Shown here: piece after piece, positions 1-9,774 of the stretch
Position numbering within the stretch: position 1 is the first letter of the stretch
Layout of the letters: the number at the start of each line of letters is the position of its first letter
Assembly: GCA_964408655.1 (NCBI GenBank)
Contig: CAYPAH010000001.1
Span: forward strand, 1-44,250
Direction: 5' to 3'
DNA length: 44,250 nucleotides
Origin: an uncultured Oscillospiraceae bacterium
Lineage (GTDB): Bacteria; Bacillota; Clostridia; Christensenellales; CAG-138
The notes under the pieces: generated by a model
What the model saw: the letters and a program-made list of their open reading frames with translations, nothing else
The model's database searches: none
Told to the model about the DNA's origin: nothing
Program-made: the position numbers and the translations under genes

Positions 1-29
1 CTGTTTCCGGCCTTTCCGAAATTGTTCGC

Positions 30-1556
30 TTACAGCACAGGCTTCATGGTCGGGAACAGCAAAACATCTCTGATCGTCGCGCTGTCGGTAAGCAGCATGA
101 CCATGCGGTCTATGCCGATGCCGATGCCGCCCGTGGGGGGCATTCCGTATTCGAGGGCGAGGCAGAAATCCTCGTCGATCATCATGGCCTCGTCGTCGCC
201 CTTTGCGCGCTCCTTCGCCTGCTGCACGAATCTCTCGCGCTGATCGATAGGATCGTTGAGTTCGGAGAAGGCGTTGGCATATTCGTGTCCCGCGATGAAA
301 AGCTCAAATCTCTCGGTTATTCCCTCTACGCCCGGCTTGCGCTTGGTGAGGGGAGAGTTTTCCACAGGATAATCGATAACGAAGGTGGGCTGGATAAGAG
401 TATCCTCCACAAAAGCGTCAAAAGCCTCGGCAAGTATCTTTCCGCGGGCGATGGTCTTGTCCTCAAACACCATATCGAGCTTATCCTTTGCCAATGCGCG
501 GGCTTCCTCATCGTTTTTGCAGGCCATAAAGTCGCAGCCCGTCTTTTCCTTCACGGCCTCGTTCATCGTAACGCGGCGGAAGGGAGCGGTGAGGTCTATT
601 TCATTCCCCTGATAATTTATCCTTGTAGTTCCGTTCACCAGCTTGCAGCAATGCGAGAAAAGATCCTCGGAAAGCGCCATCATTCCATGATAATCGGTAT
701 ATGCCTGATAAAGCTCGATGGTGGTGAACTCGGGATTATGCGTGGCGTCCATGCCTTCGTTTCGGAAAATACGGCCGATCTCATATACCTTTTCCAAGCC
801 GCCCACGATGCACTCCTTCAGGTGAAGCTCGGTGGCGATGCGCATATACATATCGATATCGAGCGAGTTGTGGTGGGTGGTGAAGGGACGCGCGCTCGCG
901 CCCGAGGCCGTGGTGTTGAGAACGGGCGTTTCCACCTCGATGAAGCCCTGCGCGTTCAGTCTTTCGCGTATGGCGGCGATTATAAGGCTGCGCTTGACGA
1001 AGGTATCGCGCACCTCGGGATTGACGATAAGATCGACAAATCTCTGGCGATAGCGAAGCTCCGGATCCTTCAAGCCGTGGAATTTTTCCGGAAGCGGACG
1101 AAGAGACTTTGAAAGGAGCGTCAGCGAATTGCAGTGTATGCTGGTCTCTCCCGTTCTGGTCTTGAACACTATGCCCTTTACGCCGAGTATGTCGCCGATA
1201 TCCATGCTTTTAAAGGCGGCGTAGGCTTCTTCGCCCACATCGTCGCGCTTGACATATATCTGGATATCGCCTTTATAATCGAGAAGATGGGCGAAGCTCG
1301 CCTTGCCCATTATGCGTTTGGACATCATCCTGCCGGCAAGGCTGACCTCCTTAGCCTCGTATTGCTCATAATTTTCCGTAACATCCGTGCTGTAGCACTG
1401 CTGATCGTAGGTAACTATAGCAAAGGGATCATGCCCTTCATCCTGCAGGGCTTTGAGCTTATCGCGGCGTATCTGCAAAAGCTCTGAAAGCTCGGCCTGC
1501 GTCAATTCCGCGTCCTGCGCCGCGGGCGTGTTCATATTTTCTTCCATGCTCTTCAT
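30..1556 (-). CDS. lysS: Lysine--tRNA ligase (class II)
   Basis: 508-aa ORF with an N-terminal OB-fold region and class II aaRS core motifs ([23 protein letters not shown]; [20 protein letters not shown]). Three closely spaced ATGs (1556/1547/1535) are possible starts. Confidence 0.95.
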   Translation of the reverse strand: MKSMEENMNTPAAQDAELTQAELSELLQIRRDKLKALQDEGHDPFAIVTYDQQCYSTDVTENYEQYEAKEVSLAGRMMSKRIMGKASFAHLLDYKGDIQIYVKRDDVGEEAYAAFKSMDIGDILGVKGIVFKTRTGETSIHCNSLTLLSKSLRPLPEKFHGLKDPELRYRQRFVDLIVNPEVRDTFVKRSLIIAAIRERLNAQGFIEVETPVLNTTASGASARPFTTHHNSLDIDMYMRIATELHLKECIVGGLEKVYEIGRIFRNEGMDATHNPEFTTIELYQAYTDYHGMMALSEDLFSHCCKLVNGTTRINYQGNEIDLTAPFRRVTMNEAVKEKTGCDFMACKNDEEARALAKDKLDMVFEDKTIARGKILAEAFDAFVEDTLIQPTFVIDYPVENSPLTKRKPGVEGITERFELFIAGHEYANAFSELNDPIDQRERFVQQAKERAKGDDEAMMIDEDFCLALEYGMPPTGGIGIGIDRMVMLLTDSATIRDVLLFPTMKPVL

Positions 1557-1588
1557 CCTGTCTGTATAATTCTTTTGTTCGTTCGGCT

Positions 1589-2059
1589 TTATTTGCCGAT
1601 GGAAACGATAACGAAATCCGTTATTCCGCCGGGAGTGGTGACCTTAACGTCATCACCGGCCTTGTGGCCGAGCAGCGCCTTGCCTACCGGCGACTCGTTG
1701 GAAATGCGGTTTTTATAAGGATCGGATTCCGCGCTGCCGACTATCTGGAATTCCATTTCGGTATCAGTAGAGAGATTTTTCACCTTTACTGTGGAGCCTA
1801 CGTTGACTATGTCGGTGTCGAGCGAGTCCTGATCGATAAGCACGACATTGCTAAGCAGCGCCTCGATCTCAACTATCTCGTATTCCATACGCGCCTGCTC
1901 TATTTTAGCGGCGTCGTACTCTGCGTTTTCGGACAGGTCTCCGAAAGAACGCGCAATTTTGATCTGCTCGGCTATCTCCAGTCTTCCGGTGGTCTTGAGG
2001 TAATCCAGCCTATCCTGATACTTTTTAATGCCTTCCGCAGTCAATCGAACTTCCGCCAT
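1589..2059 (-). CDS. greA: Transcription elongation factor GreA
   Basis: 156-aa ORF of typical GreA length. N-terminal coiled coil with the acidic tip region ([14 protein letters not shown]) and a C-terminal globular domain. Sits 32 nt upstream of lysS. Confidence 0.95.
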   Translation of the reverse strand: MAEVRLTAEGIKKYQDRLDYLKTTGRLEIAEQIKIARSFGDLSENAEYDAAKIEQARMEYEIVEIEALLSNVVLIDQDSLDTDIVNVGSTVKVKNLSTDTEMEFQIVGSAESDPYKNRISNESPVGKALLGHKAGDDVKVTTPGGITDFVIVSIGK

Positions 2060-2121
2060 GCTTATGCCTCCTGCTTTTCTTCAAAATAGCGTTATTATTA
2101 TATGAAGCGTCTCCTGTTTTG

Positions 2122-3090
2122 TCAATGGCGCGCGAGGACTTCCCCATATTCCTCAAGAAGCGCCAGAGTCTCTTCCATTGTGCCGCATTCATTCAAGCGT
2201 GTGCGCCATGCCGCCGCGTCCCTCATGCCCTTTATATACCACGCGAGGTGCTTTCGCATCTCGATAACGCCCTGTCTTCCTTTATATTCGCATTCGCGCC
2301 ACGTGTGCTCCTTCGCCATAGTCAGGCGCTCAGCCAATGTGGGTGGAGTATGATCCTCTCCGCCAAGCGCGGCCTTTATCTCGCGAAAGATAAAGGGATT
2401 CCCCATTGCACCCCGGGCTATCATAAGCCCGTCGCAATTCGTTTCCCGGCGCATCCTCAGCGCGTCCTCAGCCGAAAAGATATCCCCGTTGCCGATAAGC
2501 GGAACTGAAAGCGCCTCCTTGAGTTCGGCTATCACCGCAAGGTCGGCCTTGCCCGAATACATCTGCGCGCGGGTGCGGGCGTGAAGGGTGAGCATTGCCG
2601 CGCCGTTATCCTCCAGTACCTTCGCAAAGCTTAGCGCGTTCACATGCGCCTCGTCAAAGCCCTTGCGAAACTTCACCGTTACCGGAAGTGGAGTGGCCTT
2701 AAAGAGCGCCTTCACTATGCGCCCCGCGAGCGCTTCATCGAGCATAAGCGCGCTGCCCTCGCCGTTTTTAATTATTTTTTGCGCGGGGCAGCCCATGTTT
2801 ATATCAATGCAGGCCAGCGAAGCTCCGCATTCGTCATAAAGCCGCTTCGCCGTTTCCGCCATAAGCCCGGGCTCGCGGCCAAAGAGCTGCACGGCGCAGG
2901 GTATTTCGTTATCGGCCATGGCAAGCAGGCGGCGCGTATTATCGTTATTATAGGCAAGCCCCTTCGCGCTGACCATCTCGGTATATGTGAAGTCGCAGCC
3001 CATCTCGCGGCATATCGCGCGATACGGCATATCCGTGACTCCCGCCATCGGGGCGAGCATTATCGGGAATTCCGGCAAAAAACTCAGCAT
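2122..3090 (-). CDS. dusB: tRNA-dihydrouridine synthase
   Basis: 322-aa ORF. N-terminus MLAPMAGVTDMPYR and the TIM-barrel Dus signature (INMGCPAQKI) are typical of DusB. Confidence 0.9.
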   Translation of the reverse strand: MLSFLPEFPIMLAPMAGVTDMPYRAICREMGCDFTYTEMVSAKGLAYNNDNTRRLLAMADNEIPCAVQLFGREPGLMAETAKRLYDECGASLACIDINMGCPAQKIIKNGEGSALMLDEALAGRIVKALFKATPLPVTVKFRKGFDEAHVNALSFAKVLEDNGAAMLTLHARTRAQMYSGKADLAVIAELKEALSVPLIGNGDIFSAEDALRMRRETNCDGLMIARGAMGNPFIFREIKAALGGEDHTPPTLAERLTMAKEHTWRECEYKGRQGVIEMRKHLAWYIKGMRDAAAWRTRLNECGTMEETLALLEEYGEVLARH

Positions 3091-3099
3091 AGCGGTTGG

Positions 3100-3669
3100 T
3101 TACTGATTTTCCGCAAGGCTCATATCCGGCGTTGGCAGCGCTTTTTGCGCGGGATTCGTTTCAAGCACGGTTATGCGGTTGATGAGCCAGTGTCCGTCCC
3201 GCCTTACGAATTGTATCTCGCTGCGGGTGGTGGGCCATTCGGGCAGCGCGGGGGCAAGCGTCCCCTCCGCCTGATCGCTCGGCACGGCCGAGATAGACGC
3301 GAGCTTTTCTATCACTTTGATCTCCACCGTGCTCTCCCACGGGAAGGCGATAAGGTTTTCCGCATCCACGCGGTAATCGAAGGCCGAGACAGTAAAGCCC
3401 GCATAGGCGTCCTTTTGCAGCGCCGTATCGGTCAAAAGAAAGTCGTCGGTGAAATATTCGGTCAGCTCTGTAAAATCGCTTTCGTTCAAAATGCACTCGG
3501 CGCGTTTTTCCATGCCGTCCTGCAAGATTATATAGATATTGCTGGTATAAAGCCCCGTAGTGAACACGCCCAGAACGAGGGTGACAAAAACCACTATCAA
3601 AAGCAGTATTCTAAGGATATACCAGATAGAGCGTCTTGCGACCGCGAATTTATTGCGTCCCATAAGCAT
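3100..3669 (-). CDS. Hypothetical membrane-anchored protein (single N-terminal TM)
   Basis: 189-aa ORF with a hydrophobic helix (ILRILLLIVVFVTLVLGVFTTGL) followed by a soluble domain. Tightly packed between sigH and dusB. No family recognised. Confidence 0.6.
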   Translation of the reverse strand: MLMGRNKFAVARRSIWYILRILLLIVVFVTLVLGVFTTGLYTSNIYIILQDGMEKRAECILNESDFTELTEYFTDDFLLTDTALQKDAYAGFTVSAFDYRVDAENLIAFPWESTVEIKVIEKLASISAVPSDQAEGTLAPALPEWPTTRSEIQFVRRDGHWLINRITVLETNPAQKALPTPDMSLAENQ

Positions 3670-3732
3670 ACCTGCATCAGTCTGTTTTAGTTATTTACTA
3701 TATCACACAAAGGCGCGGCTTGACAAACCCGC

Positions 3733-4347
3733 CTATTCTTCATCCGTAAGGCTTATGCGTCCCTCCAGCTTTTTTCTGCTGCGCTGAAGCGCGTTGTCAA
3801 CGGACTTCGTGCTTCGGCCAAGGCGCTCCGCTATCTCAGTATATGAAAGATTATCGAGATAGAGCCTTAGCACCTCTCTTTCCATCGGGGAAAGCAGCTC
3901 GTCTAACAGCCTTTCTATGTCGGCGTGGCGTTCTTTGCCAAGAAAGGATTCCGCCGGATCTTCCGTGGCTATCTGCAAGATATCGAGTATCGGCCTGTCC
4001 CTGTCGGGGTCGGAGCCGCTTTTATAAAGCGAGATATAGCTGTTCAGGGGAATATGCTTTTGCCGCGTGGCGGTCTTTATAGCGGTGATTATCTGGCGGT
4101 GAACGCACATCTCCGCAAAGCTTCGAAAGCTTGCGCCGCCGGGCACATAATCGCGCACCGCTTTATAAAGGCCGATCATGCCCTCCTGCAAAAGATCGTC
4201 CCTGTCCGCGCCGATAAGATAATACGGCCTTGTTTTTCCGCGCACTATGTTCTTATAGCGTTCGTATAGCGTTTCGTCCGCGAGGGCGTCTCCGTCTTTA
4301 GAAAGAGCCGCCAGCTCCTCGTCCGTCTTATCCGTATATTCGCTCAA
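3733..4347 (-). CDS. sigH: RNA polymerase sporulation sigma factor SigH
   Basis: 204-aa ORF. Region 2 motif YYLIGADRDDLLQEGMIGLYKAVRDY and a region 4 HTH (LSYTEIAERLGRSTKSVDNALQR) match sigma-H. The position downstream of rlmB/mrnC mirrors Bacillus/Clostridium synteny. Confidence 0.9.
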   Translation of the reverse strand: MSEYTDKTDEELAALSKDGDALADETLYERYKNIVRGKTRPYYLIGADRDDLLQEGMIGLYKAVRDYVPGGASFRSFAEMCVHRQIITAIKTATRQKHIPLNSYISLYKSGSDPDRDRPILDILQIATEDPAESFLGKERHADIERLLDELLSPMEREVLRLYLDNLSYTEIAERLGRSTKSVDNALQRSRKKLEGRISLTDEE

Positions 4348-4361
4348 ATTCCACGCTCCGT

Positions 4362-5660
4362 TCAGCTCTGTTCGCTTCTCATCTTTTCATACAAAAGTAT
4401 CGCCGCCGCCACCGAGGCGTTCAGGGAATCTATTTTCCCCTTCATCGGTATGCTCACGAGAAAATCGCAGTTCTTTTTGACCAGCTCCGATATCCCCTTG
4501 CCCTCGCTGCCGATGACCAGCCCTATAGCGCCTTTAAAATCCGCCTTCGTCATGGATTCTCCCGCCATGTCGGCGCCCGCTATCCAAAGTCCCGCGTCCT
4601 TGAGCCGCTCGATAGCGCCCGAAAGATTGCTTACCTGCGCCACCTTTATATATTCCACCGCTCCGGCCGACGCCTTGCAGGCCGATGAGGTAACGCCCGC
4701 AGCTCTTCTTTTGGGGATTATCACGCCGTGCGCTCCGGCGCATTCCGCGCTTCTTAAAATTGAACCGAGATTATACGGATCTTCTATTCCGTCAAGTATC
4801 ACAACGAAAGGCTTTTCGCCGCGTTCCTTTGCGACCGCGAGTATATCCGATATCTCGCAATACTGCACGCCCGGCACCTGCGCCACTATGCCCTGATGGT
4901 TGCCCGTTTTGTTGCCGTGGCCGAAGGGCAGGCACATTTCGTCGAGCTTGCTTCTATCCACCTCGCGTATCTGTATCTGCTTATCACGCGCAAGAGAGAT
5001 TATTTCTCTTAACGAACCGTCGGGATCGTTTTGCACAAGTATGCGGTCAATGCTTCTGCCGCTCTTCACGGCTTCCTTTACGGCGTTTCTTCCCATAAGG
5101 ATATAAGGAAGCTCATCCTCTCTCAAGGGAGCCTGCACAGCTTCTTTCGATCCCTCGTCCGCGGGTCTTGGCGCGCGCCTTTCAAAGCCGCGTTTATCCC
5201 TGTCTCCGTAACGCCCGCGCTTTTCAAAGCCCGTGCTTCTTTCGCGCCGCTCTTCATCCTGCTGCTCGGCCGTCTTGAAGGGATAGTCCGCACTTTCCGC
5301 GCTCTTTGCGCCATAATTGCGCGGCGCCGCTCCGCGCTTGAAGCCGCCCCTGCGGTTTTCGTCCCCGGCGGGCTTGTTTTCGCCGTAGCGGGGCTTGTCG
5401 TTTCGTTTATATTCGCTTCGCGCTTCCGTCTCGCTGCGGCTGCCCGAATAAGACTTTTTTGAGTAGCCGCCCTGAAGCTGCGCTTCCTCGCCGCCGCGCG
5501 CGTTGGTATCAGGCTTTGCATAGCCTCTGCCGCCGCTTCTGCCGCCCGCGCTCTTTGCGCCCTCGCCGCCGCGTTTTCCGGCGCTGCTTTTATATACGGG
5601 CTGCCCGTCGCGAAAATCCTTTATTCTTCCGTTATTGTTATCGTTTTTTCTGTATGGCAT
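4362..5660 (-). CDS. rlmB: TrmH/SpoU-family 23S rRNA 2'-O-methyltransferase (RlmB-like) with long R/G/K-rich N-terminal extension
   Basis: 432-aa ORF. The C-terminal ~245 aa carry a SpoU substrate-binding region plus SpoU methylase motifs (ILDGIEDPYNLGSILRSAECAGAHGVIIP; GSEGKGIS; IPMKGKIDSLNASVAAAILLYE). The N-terminal ~185 aa are low-complexity R/G/K/E-rich. Confidence 0.85.
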   Translation of the reverse strand: MPYRKNDNNNGRIKDFRDGQPVYKSSAGKRGGEGAKSAGGRSGGRGYAKPDTNARGGEEAQLQGGYSKKSYSGSRSETEARSEYKRNDKPRYGENKPAGDENRRGGFKRGAAPRNYGAKSAESADYPFKTAEQQDEERRERSTGFEKRGRYGDRDKRGFERRAPRPADEGSKEAVQAPLREDELPYILMGRNAVKEAVKSGRSIDRILVQNDPDGSLREIISLARDKQIQIREVDRSKLDEMCLPFGHGNKTGNHQGIVAQVPGVQYCEISDILAVAKERGEKPFVVILDGIEDPYNLGSILRSAECAGAHGVIIPKRRAAGVTSSACKASAGAVEYIKVAQVSNLSGAIERLKDAGLWIAGADMAGESMTKADFKGAIGLVIGSEGKGISELVKKNCDFLVSIPMKGKIDSLNASVAAAILLYEKMRSEQS

Positions 5661-5669
5661 ATCTTCTTT

Positions 5670-6455
5670 TTACTCTTTCCCGGCTGTGCCGATGTTTTTG
5701 ACCACCCAGGCAAGGATCGTTTTATCGTCCGCCTTTGCTTCAGAAAGCTTTGCAAGCTCATCGCCAAGCTCTCGTATCTTTGCCGCCTCTTTGCAGCTCA
5801 TTTTTCCTTCGCCGCAAGCTCCGCTCAAGCATGAGGGGCCTGCCTTATCAAAAAGCGAGGGGGCTTCGCGCCTCGCTATGCCAAGCATCGTCCACGCGAG
5901 CCGCCTTATCTCCCACTGGGCGCGGTTGCAGCAGCGCAGGGAAAAGAAATGCAGCAGCTCCCGGGCGTTCATCGTCATAACGAGCCTTGTCTCCGCCGCG
6001 TTTGGCAAAAGAAATCTCGCGTCCTCCGCGGGGATCTCTTTCGAGAGCCAATAAGCGTAATATCCGTTTATTCTTTCCATCTGCTCTTCGTATTCTCTCA
6101 CGGCCTCCCCGCCCAATGCCCGTATAGAGGGAGGTATTATATAGCTCGTCCCCCCGGCCTTGGCCACATAGCGCTGAGACTGCACGGAAAAGCTCGCCAG
6201 ACGGTGCCTTGTCAGCTGGGCTAGCAGCGAACGCGACACGCCCTCCACGCCAAAGGTAAAGCTCGCGTGCTCTATGGGCGAAAGATGCCCGTAGCTCATA
6301 AGCTTTTCAACAAAAGCGCCCGCCTTGGGCTCCAGATCGTCCCTAAGCTCTGAAATGCCGCTGTCGGAATAGCAGAGCCTTGCGCCAAGCGCCGCCGCAA
6401 GCTCCGGCTGCGGCGTGGAGCAAAGCAGCTCCACAGAAAACACAGCTTCGCTCAT
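5670..6455 (-). CDS. thyX: FAD-dependent thymidylate synthase ThyX
   Basis: 261-aa ORF with the ThyX signature RHRLASFSVQSQRY. Overlaps the mrnC stop by 4 nt. Confidence 0.95.
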   Translation of the reverse strand: MSEAVFSVELLCSTPQPELAAALGARLCYSDSGISELRDDLEPKAGAFVEKLMSYGHLSPIEHASFTFGVEGVSRSLLAQLTRHRLASFSVQSQRYVAKAGGTSYIIPPSIRALGGEAVREYEEQMERINGYYAYWLSKEIPAEDARFLLPNAAETRLVMTMNARELLHFFSLRCCNRAQWEIRRLAWTMLGIARREAPSLFDKAGPSCLSGACGEGKMSCKEAAKIRELGDELAKLSEAKADDKTILAWVVKNIGTAGKE

Positions 6456-6907
6456 TTTTCCACTTCCTCCCCTTCATTTGAAAGGATAAGGCTCATTATC
6501 TCTTTGAGCCTTCCATCGCGTCCGCTGAGATAAAGATAGCCTAAAAGCGCCTCAAGCCCCGTGGCCGCGCGGTAATCCGCTATCGCGGCGTGCTTTGGCA
6601 CAGTGCCCATATGCGAGTTGCGTCCCCGTTTATAAATATCCTGCTCTTCTTCGCTGAGCATCGGGGATATGCGGCGGTATGCGGCGGATTGAGCCGCCGC
6701 GCATACCCTTTGCGCCGAAAGACGGTGAAGTCCCCGCACCGCAAGGTCGCTTTGCTCGATAAGGCTCGTCCGCACATAAAGGTCATACACGGTGTCGCCT
6801 ATATAGGCGAGCACCAGCGGGCTTATAAGCTTTGCCTCTTTACCGCCCGCGCCCCTCGGCAGGGCGGAGCAGACGGCCGAATATATGTTTTCGTATTTAT
6901 CTTCCAT
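6452..6907 (-). CDS. mrnC: Mini-ribonuclease 3
   Basis: 151-aa ORF. RNase III-like motif LAYIGDTVYDLYVR and AATGLEALLGYLYL, with size and synteny next to rlmB/sigH. Confidence 0.85.
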   Translation of the reverse strand: MEDKYENIYSAVCSALPRGAGGKEAKLISPLVLAYIGDTVYDLYVRTSLIEQSDLAVRGLHRLSAQRVCAAAQSAAYRRISPMLSEEEQDIYKRGRNSHMGTVPKHAAIADYRAATGLEALLGYLYLSGRDGRLKEIMSLILSNEGEEVEK

Positions 6908-7675
6908 TTAATCCATTATAGATGCAGCGCCGTCTGCGGGCAAGAGAATTTCACCGTTTGCCGCGCGATCTTCTTCAATAAGAAAGTTCATAAGTCCCCT
7001 GCATATCCCTTCGGCAAGCTTTTCGCGGTATTCGGGCGTAGAAAGCAGCTTTTCCTCCTTTTCATTGCTCAAAAATCCGCACTCCACCAGCACCGCCGGA
7101 CTTTCGCATTCCCTTATCACAAAATAGTCGCCCGGATTCGCCTTGCGAAGAGGATGCTCCACCGCCTCGCATACGGCGGCTATCACGCACTCCGCCAGCC
7201 TTTCTCCACGTTTTGAGCCCTTCATATAAAAAGCCATGGGTCCGCTTACGGCTCTGTCCCCGAATGCGTTCATATGAACGCTTACGCAAAGCGTAGCGCC
7301 CTCGCTGTTGAGTATTTTGCGCCGCTCGGCCATGTCCGCCTTTTTTGTGTTTCCCAGCGCGTTTTCATCCTTGCGCGTCATTATAGTCGCAATGCCCCTC
7401 GTTTCAAGCTTTTTTTGCAGCAGCGAGGCGACCTCTAAATTAAGCCCCGCCTCCACGGTGCCCGAATGACCCACGCTGCCTCCGTCCTCTCCGCCGTGAC
7501 CCGCATCGATAACTATCAGCTTTTTTGCGGGCGCATCCGAGCCTAAGTCCGCCGTAGCCGGGACCGCCTCGCCTTCAGACGGAGTATAAAAGATCGCCAT
7601 AAGCATCAGCGCCGCAATAAAGAACAGCGTGACGCCGCCCTTACGCAGCAGATAGGCAAGTGTAGCTTTATTCAT
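6908..7675 (-). CDS. cwlD: N-acetylmuramoyl-L-alanine amidase (Amidase_3, CwlD-like)
   Basis: N-terminal TM segment, then VIDAGHGGEDGGSVG...LNLEVA...SVHMNAF, typical of CwlD-type amidases. I chose the start at ATG 7675 because it is preceded by GAGGTG; the ORF track extends to 7705. Confidence 0.75.
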   Translation of the reverse strand: MNKATLAYLLRKGGVTLFFIAALMLMAIFYTPSEGEAVPATADLGSDAPAKKLIVIDAGHGGEDGGSVGHSGTVEAGLNLEVASLLQKKLETRGIATIMTRKDENALGNTKKADMAERRKILNSEGATLCVSVHMNAFGDRAVSGPMAFYMKGSKRGERLAECVIAAVCEAVEHPLRKANPGDYFVIRECESPAVLVECGFLSNEKEEKLLSTPEYREKLAEGICRGLMNFLIEEDRAANGEILLPADGAASIMD

Positions 7676-7940
7676 AAAATCACCTCGATAAAGCATACCG
7701 CTCAAAGCATAGTTTTATTCCGGCCTTGATCCTATAAGTTCCACTTTTATGCTCTCGGGCGCTTGTCCGATAGCTGAAATTCATGCCGTTTTTTGAAGAT
7801 TTCCACATTGTCCACATAGTTATCCACCGTTTTGCAGTGGCTTGTCAGCTCATTTTTTGCTTTCTTGTCCACAAAACCGAAAATCAGCTTACTGTTTCGT
7901 GCCATGAAATTTTTTGCATTCAAGGTCGATTTTATGCACA

Positions 7941-7976
7941 TAAAACTAAAAAATATTCGGTCGTTTGACCGAATAT
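7941..7976 (-). terminator. Intrinsic terminator downstream of tsaD
   Basis: Perfect 10-bp stem (7953-7962 pairs with 7967-7976) with a 4-nt loop. On the minus strand it is followed by TTTTTAGTTTT, 45 nt after the tsaD stop. Confidence 0.8.
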
Positions 7977-8020
7977 CATGTCTGTATATATCTTTTTTTA
8001 AAAGCATAAACGGCTGCGGT

Positions 8021-9082
8021 CTATATGAGCGAAAGGTTTGGCACGGCGTTGAGTGAAAGCGGCGAAACGCCCTTATTTATCAGCTTATAGCGGCCTGCGC
8101 AGGCGATCATTGCGGCGTTATCGGTGCAAAAGCGAAACTCGGGAGAGCAGAAGCGCAGCCCGTTTTCCTCCGCCGCAAGGCGCATGGATTCGCGAAGCGC
8201 AAGGTTGGCCGAAACTCCGCCCGCGAGAGCGAGCGTATTTGTTCCCTCGGCAAGAGCCGCGCGCAGGGCTTTTTTGGTAAGCGTGGTCACCACCGCATTT
8301 TGAAAGCCCGCCGCAAGATCGGCCTTGTTCAGCGCCTCTCCCTTTTGCTCCGCGTTATGTATAAGATTTATCACGGCCGTTTTCAGGCCGGAAAAGCTAA
8401 AGTCCGGCGAAGGGCTGTCGTTAAAGGGAGCGTGTATGCGTATCGCCTCGGGATCGCCCTCCCTTGCAAGCTTTTCAAGCAAGGGGCCTCCGGGATACGG
8501 AAGGCCGAGCACGCGAGCCACCTTATCAAAGGCTTCGCCAGCCGCGTCGTCCCTTGTGCAGCCCAGCAGCGAATAACAGCAATAATCCTCCACCTTCACA
8601 ATATGGCTGTGCCCTCCCGAGGCCACAAGGCAGACGAAGGGCGGCTCGAGCTCCGGAAAGCTCAAATAGTTCGCGGCGATATGTCCCGCTATGTGATTAA
8701 CGCCCACAAGCGGAAGCCCCGCCGCGTAAGCAAGCCCCTTGGCATAGCTCAATCCCACGAGCAGCGCCCCCACAAGCCCCGGCCCATAGGTGACGGCTAC
8801 CGCGGAAATATCGTTTATCGTTACATTCGCGTCCGAAAGCGCTTTTTGCGTTACTCCGCCCACGCGCTCCACATGGCTGCGCGAGGCAAGCTCCGGCACC
8901 ACGCCGCCGTACTTCTGATGCAGCGGTATCTGAGTGTGAACCGCCATCGAAAGGACCTCGCGGCTGCCGCGCAAAACGCTTGCCGCGGTCTCGTCGCAGG
9001 AGCTTTCTATCGCGAGCAGCAGCGCGTTTTCATCGTTTTTATATTTTTCCAGTCCGCTTAACGCGGCCTGCTCGTATCTCAT
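8021..9082 (-). CDS. tsaD: tRNA N6-adenosine threonylcarbamoyltransferase TsaD
   Basis: Motifs LLAIESSCDETAASV and GVNHIAGHI plus a C-terminal ASKHA fold. I placed the start at ATG 9082, which forms an ATGA overlap with the upstream gene stop. The 55 extra codons in the ORF track look spurious. Confidence 0.93.
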   Translation of the reverse strand: MRYEQAALSGLEKYKNDENALLLAIESSCDETAASVLRGSREVLSMAVHTQIPLHQKYGGVVPELASRSHVERVGGVTQKALSDANVTINDISAVAVTYGPGLVGALLVGLSYAKGLAYAAGLPLVGVNHIAGHIAANYLSFPELEPPFVCLVASGGHSHIVKVEDYCCYSLLGCTRDDAAGEAFDKVARVLGLPYPGGPLLEKLAREGDPEAIRIHAPFNDSPSPDFSFSGLKTAVINLIHNAEQKGEALNKADLAAGFQNAVVTTLTKKALRAALAEGTNTLALAGGVSANLALRESMRLAAEENGLRFCSPEFRFCTDNAAMIACAGRYKLINKGVSPLSLNAVPNLSLI

Positions 9083-9774
9083 GCCTTTCCCTCCGCGTTT
9101 TTGTTTTTTCGCCTGTGCGCTATGCTTGTTGCACACATCAACGCGATAACGGCAATAAAACACAATCCTATGCGCAGCACTATCCCGTAAAACAGCTCTA
9201 TCGGGCATATCCTTATCATGCGGCACACGGCCGGATTCATAAGCCAAAGATCGTTAGTGAAGAAAAGGCGGTGGAAGCCCGTCCAAAAGCTGTTGAAGTC
9301 GATAAGTACCCATGCGCCCAATATAAGCACCGCGGCTAAGATAACTGCCAAAGCCCAAATAAGCCCGCCTTCCCAAAGCGCTGCAAGCTCCTTTTTCCAT
9401 ATAATCAGAACAAGAGACAGCCCAAAGAGACCAAAGCTTATCCACATGAAAGCGCGAAAGCCCTGATAAAGCGCGCGCACATCCTTCATGTGCTCTATTT
9501 CCTGCCAGTTATACATTTCAACGTCGCTTCCGTTCTCGCTTACCGTGAGCTGGATATCATCTACCCCGCCCTCCATATATTCAACGAGCCTGTAAACGGC
9601 GCGGGTGCAGTCTCCCACAGATATGCCTGTTGAGCTTTCTATGTCTAGCTCTTCATAGCGGCCGGCAAAATAAGCGGGCTGCTTTATGGTAAGCCTTAGC
9701 ACCAGAAAAAGATAGGCTATCATCACCGCCGTCACGCAAAGGGCAAAGGCGGCAGTAATAAGGTTTTTCTTCAT
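9079..9774 (-). CDS. Integral membrane protein (possibly TIGR01906/DUF1461-like)
   Basis: 231 aa from ATG 9774 (ATGA overlap with the NUDIX stop). One N-terminal TM, an extracytoplasmic domain, then about 4 C-terminal TM helices. The family assignment is from memory only. Confidence 0.7.
   Translation of the reverse strand: MKKNLITAAFALCVTAVMIAYLFLVLRLTIKQPAYFAGRYEELDIESSTGISVGDCTRAVYRLVEYMEGGVDDIQLTVSENGSDVEMYNWQEIEHMKDVRALYQGFRAFMWISFGLFGLSLVLIIWKKELAALWEGGLIWALAVILAAVLILGAWVLIDFNSFWTGFHRLFFTNDLWLMNPAVCRMIRICPIELFYGIVLRIGLCFIAVIALMCATSIAHRRKNKNAEGKA

Noticed and set aside
2644-3690. 348-aa plus-strand ORF antisense to dusB and the membrane-protein gene. Similar long antisense ORFs occur at 285-1112, 8300-9061, 22095-23189, 28391-29098, 32590-33264 and 37729-38340.
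   Set aside because: Each lies entirely opposite a gene with clear family motifs. Their translations are Arg/Ala/His/Leu-rich low-information sequences typical of stop-poor antisense frames in high-GC DNA, and they lack RBSs.
4534-5521. Several 60-140-aa ORFs on both strands inside the rlmB gene (e.g. 5123-5521 minus, 5031-5462 plus)
   Set aside because: They are generated by the repetitive GC-rich sequence encoding the RGG-like extension. All are nested in or opposite the long continuous rlmB frame.
7747-8007. 86-aa minus-strand ORF in the tsaD-cwlD spacer
   Set aside because: Its 5' part runs through the tsaD terminator hairpin. None of the internal ATGs (7941, 7905) has a Shine-Dalgarno, and I recognised no family. 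It remains a weak possibility only.
9083-9247. 55-codon N-terminal extension of the tsaD ORF in the ORF track
   Set aside because: It overlaps the upstream membrane-protein gene in another frame. The TsaD homology starts right after ATG 9082, which forms a classic ATGA coupling.
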